Assembly: GCA_041686235.1 (NCBI GenBank)
Contig: JAWLED010000004.1
Location: forward strand, 8,514-64,437
Origin: Spirochaetia bacterium
GTDB lineage: Bacteria; Spirochaetota; Spirochaetia; DSM-27196; PWMO01
Length of the DNA stretch: 55,924 nucleotides
Reading direction: 5' to 3'
Part shown: positions 49,138-55,924 of the stretch, piece by piece
Layout of the letters: the number at the start of each line of letters is the position of its first letter
How positions within the stretch are numbered: position 1 is the stretch's first letter
Made by a program: the position numbers and the translations under genes
The notes under the pieces: model-generated
Told to the model about the DNA's origin: nothing
Seen by the model: only the letters and a program-made list of their open reading frames with translations
Databases searched by the model: none

Positions 49138-49608
49138 TTAACGTCCGATCTGCCCGAGTTGCTCGAGCTCGCGCATGTCGAAAAGCCGTCCGGCATCCAG
49201 AATAATGAGGTAGCTCTCCCCGTTGTTGACGACGCCTTGAATATACTCGACACCGATTCCGGAAATCATCTGAGGCGGTGGCTGAATATCGTCTGCATTG
49301 ACGCGCACCACGCGCGAAACTTTGTCTATCATGACCGCAAGATGCGTGTTGTCTATGGCCAGTATGACCATTCCCGAGAGCAACCGGTCCTCTTCGGATA
49401 ATTCAATCTGCTTGAGCCGAAAGCGGCGATGCAGATTAATGACCGGGATGATCTCCCCTCGGAGATTGAAAATTCCCTCTACGTAGTCCGGCGCGTAGGG
49501 GATAGGCCGCACCTGCTGGACCTGCACGATGCCTTCCACCTGCATGATGTCTATCCCGTACGTCTCGCCGCCCAGCTCGAAGGTGACAAGCTGCCAGCTA
49601 TCAGCCAT
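49138..49608 (-). CDS. cheW: Chemotaxis coupling protein CheW
   Basis: QLVTFEL..E.YGIDI, GIFNLRGEIIPVINL. Confidence 0.95.
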   Translation of the reverse strand: MADSWQLVTFELGGETYGIDIMQVEGIVQVQQVRPIPYAPDYVEGIFNLRGEIIPVINLHRRFRLKQIELSEEDRLLSGMVILAIDNTHLAVMIDKVSRVVRVNADDIQPPPQMISGIGVEYIQGVVNNGESYLIILDAGRLFDMRELEQLGQIGR

Positions 49609-49628
49609 ATGTGCTCCTCACGATAGCC

Positions 49629-49657
49629 ACAATAACCGAGCGAACGGCGTTATGCAA
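49629..49657 (-). promoter_or_regulatory. Putative sigma70 promoter for cheW
   Basis: TTGCAT-17 nt-TATTGT followed by a GAGGAG SD. Confidence 0.6.
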
Positions 49658-49675
49658 GATAGACTTCGGCGCCGG

Positions 49676-49795
49676 GGACTGCGGCGGTGCCGGCCCCGGG
49701 GACCGGGCCGGAGCGGGCGCGCGGGACCGGGGCGGCGCCGGCGCGCAGGACCGGGGCGGAGCGGGCGCGCAGGACCGGGGCGGCGCCGGCGCCGC
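49676..49795. repeat. Intergenic minisatellite, 5 x 24 bp
   Basis: Consensus about ggaccggggcgg(a/c)gc(g/c)ggcgcgca, with units starting at 49676, 49700, 49724, 49748 and 49772 and no spacers. Confidence 0.9.
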
Positions 49796-49804
49796 GCTGA
49801 GTTC

Positions 49805-49833
49805 TTGCACTCAGGGAGGTTTCCGAGGACAAT
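49805..49833 (+). promoter_or_regulatory. Possible sigma70 promoter for the RNA methyltransferase pair
   Basis: TTGCAC-17 nt-GACAAT. Confidence 0.4.
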
Positions 49834-49842
49834 GCTTCGCGT

Positions 49843-50925
49843 GTGCTTCCATGTATCCTACAACCTCTCGATTGCGACTTCCGGAGCCGAACACCCTTGA
49901 AAGGCCCGATCGAGCTCCCCGACTACGCCTACGAGCACCTCGAGCGCTACCGCCCGCTGCTCGGTGAACAGTGGGACCGGTTTCTCGATGCCCTGCGGCG
50001 GCCGCTTCCGGTTGCGGCATGGCGAAACGCCGCACGAGTTGACGAGGCAAGCTTCGAGAATTGGTTTTACAACGTGGAGCCCGGCGTTACCCTCGAGCGC
50101 CTCCCATGGTTTGACCGCGGCTACCGGCTGTGGGCCGCTGAGGCCTCGGAGGCCGCTGAAGCACCTGCGGGCGGCCTCCGAACCCCCGACCCGACGCCCG
50201 GCAACCGGGCCGCGAGAGCGCTCGGGCTACTCCATCTCCAGGAGGAAGTCTCGATGATTCCGGCCGTGCTTCTCGGGGCACAGCCGGGCGAGCAGATTCT
50301 CGACCTCTGCGGGGCGCCGGGAAACAAGACCGCGCTCGTTGCCTCCCTCATGGAAGACCGCGGGACAATCGTCTGTAACGACACCGACATCAAGCGCTTG
50401 CGCGCCGGACGCACGGCGTGGTCGCGGCTCGGCTTCTCGAGCATAGCCGCCACCAACCATGACGGGGGCTCGTACCCGGCACCGACGGAGAGTTTCGACC
50501 GTGTCCTCGTCGACGCCCCCTGCAGCGGCGAAGGAACCTCACGGCGAAACCTCTCCTCCCTGCGGCCCGCCCCGCCCGACTACTACCGCATGCTCCACCG
50601 CCGGCAGCGCCGACTGCTCGAGCGCGCGCTCCAACTCTGTCGCCCCGGCGGACGAGTGGTGTACTCGACCTGCACCTACGCCCCCGAGGAGAACGAGCTG
50701 GTCATCGCCGACGTACTCGCCGCCCGGCGGGCCGGCGGGCGGGCCGGCTCGGGACTCACACCGGTGCCCGCTCGCCTAGCAGGGCTGGAAAGCGCCCCGG
50801 GGATTACCCGCTACGACGGGGCGGAGCTCGGGGGTGAGCTCGAAAACGCCATGCGCGTGTGGCCCCATCTAAACGATTCCGGCGGCTTTTTCGTCGCCGT
50901 ACTGGAGAAGCGGCCCCGTGAGTAA
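49843..50925 (+). CDS. RsmB/RsmF/NOP2-family RNA cytosine-C5 methyltransferase
   Basis: QEEVS, DLCGAPGNKT, DAPCSGEG, YSTCT..PEENE, PH...GFF; both catalytic Cys are present. The start may instead be the TTG at 49897. Confidence 0.9.
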   Translation: MLPCILQPLDCDFRSRTPLKGPIELPDYAYEHLERYRPLLGEQWDRFLDALRRPLPVAAWRNAARVDEASFENWFYNVEPGVTLERLPWFDRGYRLWAAEASEAAEAPAGGLRTPDPTPGNRAARALGLLHLQEEVSMIPAVLLGAQPGEQILDLCGAPGNKTALVASLMEDRGTIVCNDTDIKRLRAGRTAWSRLGFSSIAATNHDGGSYPAPTESFDRVLVDAPCSGEGTSRRNLSSLRPAPPDYYRMLHRRQRRLLERALQLCRPGGRVVYSTCTYAPEENELVIADVLAARRAGGRAGSGLTPVPARLAGLESAPGITRYDGAELGGELENAMRVWPHLNDSGGFFVAVLEKRPRE

Positions 50926-51553
50926 CGACGCACGCGCAAACGGCGCGCCCGGAAACGGCGCACGCGGAAACGGCGCACACAGACTCCGGCTTGCCCCCGG
51001 GTGCCGGCTCATTGATCCCATGCCCTACCTCTCGCTGCTCGAGGAGCGCTTCGGCATCTCCGCGGCGCAGCTACGCGAGCAGTACGTCTTTTTCGTCGGC
51101 GGCAACAAATACCTCTACTCTCTTTGCGCCGAGCACCGACTGCCGCCGGGGCCCGAAGTCGCGTTCAGCGGCATCAAGTTCATGCGCATCTCCATGAAGG
51201 TCCCCAAGCTGACCACCGAAGCCTCGATTCTCCTCGGTGCGCGGGCATCGCGAAACTACGTTGAGCTCGAGGCCGACCAGCTGCGTGCCTATTTCGCGCG
51301 GCAAGAAATCCGTCTCGACACTGCGGCTTCGAGCGCCTGCACCGGTCCCGGCTACGTCCTCGTGCGCCACGAGGGGGTGACGCTCGGTAGCGCCTATCTC
51401 AACCCCCGCGATCGCAACCGGGAGCCGGAGCAAAGCCCCGAGCCCGGGGCCAAGCCGGACGCCGGCGCACAGCACGGCGCAGAACTCGGCGATCGGCCGC
51501 TCCTTCGAAGCTGGTTTCCCAAGCACTGGAGTCAGGTGATCACCATACGATAG
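50918..51553 (+). CDS. Methyltransferase partner protein (RsmF C-terminal/NIP7-PUA-like)
   Basis: Overlaps the methyltransferase stop codon; ERFGI, KLTTEA...G..ASRNYVEL, GYVLV...LG. Confidence 0.6.
   Translation: MSNDARANGAPGNGARGNGAHRLRLAPGCRLIDPMPYLSLLEERFGISAAQLREQYVFFVGGNKYLYSLCAEHRLPPGPEVAFSGIKFMRISMKVPKLTTEASILLGARASRNYVELEADQLRAYFARQEIRLDTAASSACTGPGYVLVRHEGVTLGSAYLNPRDRNREPEQSPEPGAKPDAGAQHGAELGDRPLLRSWFPKHWSQVITIR
50929..50978 (+). repeat. About 3.3 x 15-bp coding tandem repeat
   Basis: cgc(a/g)c(g/c)cg(c/g)aaacgg units encoding ARANG-APGNG-ARGNG. Confidence 0.8.
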
Positions 51554-51624
51554 GCGCCTCCTCGCAGCGAAACGATTCTCCCCCCCATCGTACGAGTGCG
51601 GCACAGACGCGTCGAACGCCCCCG

Positions 51625-51655
51625 AAAGAAAAGGGGGCGGCCCGCGGGCCGCCCC
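51625..51655 (-). terminator. Rho-independent terminator
   Basis: GGGGCGGCC-cgcg-GGCCGCCCC stem followed by cTTTTCTTT on the minus strand, between convergent genes. Confidence 0.85.
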
Positions 51656-51679
51656 AAATAGGAGGTGTGTATGAAAACG

Positions 51680-53116
51680 CTAAAAAGCGTATTCAAAACG
51701 TACTTCTAGATGGTCGTTATCGTCGAACTGACCAAACTCGGTGTCCTTCTCACCTTCGAACACCGAGCCGCGCACGTTCAGCGTTGCGTCGTCTGCAAGC
51801 ACGAACTCCACGCCGGGACGCACGAGGAAGTCCTGCGTTTCGGCGGTAAGGACGAAGTCGACCGAAGGCTTGATGGTTTCGTTTTTGTAGTCGTCCTTGA
51901 TACTCGCGGTGAGTGTGTTGTTCCAATAGTGCTCGTTGTCTCCCGGGTCGTAGTCGACGTCCCGTGCCCCGTTGTCCGAGACCTCGTCGTTTTCGAGCAG
52001 ATACTCGCCGCGGCCCTGGATGTTCACGTTGAGATTGCTCAACGGCAGATCCCGGTCGAATCCGCCCATGTAGGCAACGCTGTGGTTGTGCACGTAGGGG
52101 TCGTCGCCGTCGAAGTCTTCGGTCATGTTATAGGCGGCCTCCGCCCTCAGGTTGAACCCGGCAACGGCGGTGGCAAACTCGAGCCCGAAGAGGTTGAGCC
52201 GATCGAAGTGGATTGAGTAGTTCTCCGGGTCGGCCTCGGGAATCTCGACGACCGGAGCGCGCTTGAAGCCGAAGTAGTAGATCGCGCCGAGGTCCACCCC
52301 GCCGAAACTGTTGGAGTAGCGCAGGCCGTACTGGCCGTGGGAGAGCTCGGGGGGCAGGTGCGCGGTTTGGGCGTCGGCGGCAATGTCGTCGGCCAACTCG
52401 TCCGCCTCGAAAGAAGGTGCCGAAGGGTTGGCGGCAATAGTCGCGAGATCCTCATCCAGCCGCTCCTCCATTGCCTCGAGTCGGTAGGGCTTCCACCGGC
52501 CCTCGAGCGCGTAGCGGTCCTGGCTGAGCACGGGCAGGTAGGCGAGCTCGAGGAGCCCGTTCATGCCGGTGTACACGTTGAGCTTGACCATCTTCTCGGC
52601 CATCTTTCGCTCGGAATACTCGCCGTTTACGAAGTCGGTAAAGTCGGTGGGGTTGAGCACATCCACTACGTGCACCTCGTCACCGGTTCCCCACGTCGTT
52701 TTTATGTAGCCGGCCTCCACATCGAGGTTGTCGTAGAACAGCCGGATGTAGGCCTCGTTGATGAGCTCCTCCGGATCGTCGAGGGGCCGTTGCCGGCTCG
52801 AGTACTCGAGGTCCGCCACGACTTCACTCTGTGAGCCTTCGAAGGTGAGCTCACTGCGTACCTTCGGAACGGCGGTCACCGGCGACTCCGCAAAATCGTC
52901 GAAGGAATCGAAGTCGGGAAATGCGCGAAGCTCGAGCTCGACCTCGCCGCCGACGCTCGCGGCGCCTCCGGAGCCGGAGCCCGACCCGCCGCCCGACTGC
53001 TCATCCTCCGAGAAGAAACTCTCGGTGCCGCCTCCCTCTCCATCATCTTGTGCCGCGAGGGGAGCGGCGAGAAATACAGCGGCAATTAGTAACGGTATCA
53101 TGTTCCGTACCATCAT
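51680..53116 (-). CDS. Putative outer-membrane beta-barrel protein (DUF1302-like)
   Basis: Signal peptide, INEAYIRL, WGTGD...DVLNP and a C-terminal RFEYAF beta-signal ending in Phe. Confidence 0.7.
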   Translation of the reverse strand: MMVRNMIPLLIAAVFLAAPLAAQDDGEGGGTESFFSEDEQSGGGSGSGSGGAASVGGEVELELRAFPDFDSFDDFAESPVTAVPKVRSELTFEGSQSEVVADLEYSSRQRPLDDPEELINEAYIRLFYDNLDVEAGYIKTTWGTGDEVHVVDVLNPTDFTDFVNGEYSERKMAEKMVKLNVYTGMNGLLELAYLPVLSQDRYALEGRWKPYRLEAMEERLDEDLATIAANPSAPSFEADELADDIAADAQTAHLPPELSHGQYGLRYSNSFGGVDLGAIYYFGFKRAPVVEIPEADPENYSIHFDRLNLFGLEFATAVAGFNLRAEAAYNMTEDFDGDDPYVHNHSVAYMGGFDRDLPLSNLNVNIQGRGEYLLENDEVSDNGARDVDYDPGDNEHYWNNTLTASIKDDYKNETIKPSVDFVLTAETQDFLVRPGVEFVLADDATLNVRGSVFEGEKDTEFGQFDDNDHLEVRFEYAF

Positions 53117-53208
53117 CGTCCTCCTTATCTATAGGCATCATCAGGGGCGACGGTTGCCGGCGGCCTCCCGTGCCCTGGCCTTCGGCGGCCTCGTGGCCCG
53201 TGCGGCTC

Positions 53209-53994
53209 TTACTGAACGCGGCCGGTGCGCAGGAAGTTCTTGCTAAACAGATTCGGGTTGAGATCCTCGTCGTAGCGAATCTTTTGAATGTCGAGGCGTG
53301 TCTTGTGACCGGTCTGCACGTTCTCCATGACATTCTCCATGATGGTCCAGTAGCCCTGCACCTGGTCGACTTCCTCGACCGTGTTGACCTTCAATAGGTC
53401 CTCGCTCTTGTCGTAGAGCTCTATCTTCATGGGAATCCATATGTCCTTGGCGACCCACTGCACTCGCTTCGAATACTGCGAGTCGTCGGGATCCTTTGGT
53501 ATCGATTCCACGACATAGCATTCACGGCCGCCAAACTCTTCTTCGCGAAGGAGCTCGTGGCGGTCCTCGTCCACGTCGCGCGTTTTCAAATCGTCATAGG
53601 TGAAGTCCGTCCCCATGAAGCTCTCTCCGCCCTCCGAACCGGCAATGCGGCGGACACGGTCGAGCGAGGGGAGATAAATCCACTGGTCGTCGTCGCGGTC
53701 TTCATTTTCGGCAACCAGAAACCGCGTTCCCTCCACCGAGGCGGGGCGATGAAAGACAATCACGAGACGACTGAGATCGTCCTCGGTCTCCATGCTCCAC
53801 TCCTCGATGATGCGACTGCGCGTGTTGCCTCCTTCGTCTATCAGGTCCATGTTGACGAGACTGTGTCCGGTCTCACCGTCGTCCCGGTTCTCGACATGTT
53901 CCGCCACCTCCCGTCCGTCTATGGCGGCGGCCGTGCTCGCCACAAAAAGGGTCAGCACGATAAGCGATACGGTTTTGAATGCGATGTGTTTCAT
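53209..53994 (-). CDS. Outer-membrane lipoprotein-sorting (LolA-like) periplasmic protein
   Basis: Signal peptide, PASVEGTRFL, DDQWIYLPSLDRVRRIA, SFMGTDFTYDD. Confidence 0.88.
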   Translation of the reverse strand: MKHIAFKTVSLIVLTLFVASTAAAIDGREVAEHVENRDDGETGHSLVNMDLIDEGGNTRSRIIEEWSMETEDDLSRLVIVFHRPASVEGTRFLVAENEDRDDDQWIYLPSLDRVRRIAGSEGGESFMGTDFTYDDLKTRDVDEDRHELLREEEFGGRECYVVESIPKDPDDSQYSKRVQWVAKDIWIPMKIELYDKSEDLLKVNTVEEVDQVQGYWTIMENVMENVQTGHKTRLDIQKIRYDEDLNPNLFSKNFLRTGRVQ

Positions 53995-55924
53995 TGTTCT
54001 CCTCCTGTTGTTCGTTCCTCCGACGGCACGTTTCCTCCCCGCGCCGGACGGTCGATGAACCGCGGGCGGAACAGATTCAACAGCGCCGGGAGCACCGTCA
54101 ACGCAGCAAGCGATGACGTCAGCATAGTGAGCGCCACGAGTACTCCTACGTAACGCAATGGATTGAAGTTTGAAGCTATGAGCACGGCAAACCCCGCGCC
54201 GACGGCAAAGGCGTTGTAGAGAATCGCCTTGCCGGTCGTGAGAATCGTTCGCTTCGTCGCCTCACCTCGGTCATCCGTTTCGCCCCGCTCGATGCGATAG
54301 CGGGCGAGAAAGTGGATGGTATAGTCAATGCCGATACCGATGGCGATCGAGGCAATCATCGCCGTCGCTACGTTGAGCTTGATGTCGGCAAGCCCCATCA
54401 CTCCGAAGTTGATGAGAATGGCGAGGCTCAAGGGTACGATGCCGTAGATTCCCGCCACCGGAGAGCGATTTGCAAAGGATACGATAACGAATACGACCAC
54501 CAGCGCCGAGAACAGGCTCCACAACTGCGAGTTCACAATGAGGCGGGTAACCGCGCTCTCCATATCCGAAAAACCGGCAATCGAGACGTCGTATCCATCG
54601 GGAAAGTGACGCTCGGCGTATTCTTTGGCAGACTCAGAAACACGCTCGGTTACGAGACTGTTGGTTGCCTCGAGCACCACGTACATTCGAGCGCTCCGGG
54701 GCTCGAGCGAATCGTCGGCAAAGTCATCGAGGTTCCCGGAATAGAGCAGTAGGTACTGCGAGATGAGATTCTGTAACTCAGCCTTGTCGGCAACCGGATA
54801 TTTTTCCGGGTCGGTCGGGATTTCGTCGTAGGCCGATCCTTGAAAGTTGAACTCCTCGAAGAGCACCTCCATGAACTCCTCGGTACTCATCTCGAGAGAC
54901 CGCGCTCTGCCGTAGGCTTGCGCCACGGCCTCGAAGAGCTCGCGAAAGCTTGGACGGTTGTCGATGCGCAGGTCCGCCTCGGAGGCGGCCGGCGTCGGCT
55001 CAGTCTCGGGCCCCGCTGCAGGCGCCGACTCGGCGGCCCCAGCGTCGTCCTCCGCGGTGCCGTCGCCGGTGCCGTTGCCGCCGCCGTTTCCCTCATCGAA
55101 AAAGCTGTCGACCCCGCCGCCGTCGCTGTCCGCGGTGCCGGTCTCGCCGTCGCCCCCACGCGACGGGCCCTCTTGGGAGTCGGCGCCGTCGACCGAGGGG
55201 GCCGACGGGACGTTCATGACCTGATTCATCCGCCGCACGAAGTCGGAGAAGCTCGCAACCTTGCCGACCTCCTCGTGCTCGCGGGCAAGATAGCCTTTGA
55301 GATCGTCCATGGCCTGAAGTGCATCGGGATCGGTCATAGCCGAGGCGTCCTCGCCGGAGACCACGATGCTGAAGGTCTTCGTACCGCTGAAGTTCTCCCG
55401 GATGAAGCGGTCGGCAACGCGGATCTCAGAGTCACGGTCGAAGTACTCGATCATCGAGTTGTCGACCACAATACCGGTGAGGCCGAACACCGAGACTGCT
55501 ACGATGATGAGGCTGAGAAAAATGATGCGCGGCGCACGCCCCGAAAAATAGCGGTAAAACCACAACAGCGCACGGCTGAAGCTGTCCTCGTGTGGAGCGG
55601 AGGCGTTTCCCCCGCGGGTGACCCCCTGCCCCCGCAGCGCCCGCCTGCGGATCAAAAGCAGCGCGGGAACGAAGGTAAGCGTAATGACGAGCGCGCTTAC
55701 TACGCCGACGGCGTTAATGATACCGAAGTGCTGCATGGGGACAATGGCACTCGTGGCGATGGAGGCGAACCCCGCCGCAGTCGTCAGCGCGCTCATGGCC
55801 ACCGGCGTGCCGATTTTTCGAATGGTTTCAAGAACAAGCTCGCGGTGACGCTCCCGGCTCGGCTCGCCCTCCTCGGAGCGTACCGCATCATAGTAGTGAT
55901 TGAAGATGTGAATCACATACGCAC
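53991..55924 (-). CDS. MMPL/RND-family transporter, 5' end beyond the window
   Basis: SALTTAAGF, IAIGIGIDYTIHF, multiple TM segments and a periplasmic loop; the frame is open to the window edge. Confidence 0.9.
   Translation of the reverse strand, partial: AYVIHIFNHYYDAVRSEEGEPSRERHRELVLETIRKIGTPVAMSALTTAAGFASIATSAIVPMQHFGIINAVGVVSALVITLTFVPALLLIRRRALRGQGVTRGGNASAPHEDSFSRALLWFYRYFSGRAPRIIFLSLIIVAVSVFGLTGIVVDNSMIEYFDRDSEIRVADRFIRENFSGTKTFSIVVSGEDASAMTDPDALQAMDDLKGYLAREHEEVGKVASFSDFVRRMNQVMNVPSAPSVDGADSQEGPSRGGDGETGTADSDGGGVDSFFDEGNGGGNGTGDGTAEDDAGAAESAPAAGPETEPTPAASEADLRIDNRPSFRELFEAVAQAYGRARSLEMSTEEFMEVLFEEFNFQGSAYDEIPTDPEKYPVADKAELQNLISQYLLLYSGNLDDFADDSLEPRSARMYVVLEATNSLVTERVSESAKEYAERHFPDGYDVSIAGFSDMESAVTRLIVNSQLWSLFSALVVVFVIVSFANRSPVAGIYGIVPLSLAILINFGVMGLADIKLNVATAMIASIAIGIGIDYTIHFLARYRIERGETDDRGEATKRTILTTGKAILYNAFAVGAGFAVLIASNFNPLRYVGVLVALTMLTSSLAALTVLPALLNLFRPRFIDRPARGGNVPSEERTTGGEQ

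Noticed and set aside
49676-49795. 24-bp repeats as a CRISPR array, or as coding sequence (ORFs 49611-49967 and 49601-49810)
   Set aside because: The units are directly adjacent with no unique spacers and there are no cas genes. The ORFs are open only because the GC-rich repeat lacks stop codons.

Overview
This is a GC-rich chromosomal segment of a free-living spirochete (Spirochaetales). Its proteins are very acidic, which suggests a halophilic or alkaliphilic lifestyle. Bases 1-49608 are one co-directional minus-strand run. In transcription order it reads: cheW, DegT-like, nadK, recN, hypothetical, beta-propeller protein, M23-like, methyltransferase, DUF4912, GH57; then the spirochete dcw cluster (mraZ rsmH ftsL murF mraY ftsW ftsQ ftsA ftsZ); then xerD, TPR lipoprotein, dprA, xerC, hslV, hslU; then the periplasmic-flagellum cluster from flgB to flhG and a truncated FlgV-like gene. 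The right end holds a divergent plus-strand RNA m5C methyltransferase with a partner gene, and a convergent MMPL/RND + LolA-like + outer-membrane-protein operon. I saw no rRNA, tRNA, CRISPR array or mobile element. Most of the window is conserved housekeeping synteny. The best leads are an anti-SD hairpin plus small upstream ORF at flgB, a probable ATC start codon for fliO, a Cys-to-Ser change at the FlgE lysinoalanine site, two pseudoenzymes, a GGGx(D/E)SFFxE motif shared within the transporter operon, a haloarchaeal-looking methyltransferase pair, and strong CTCGAG enrichment. All family calls come from motif recognition, not database searches.
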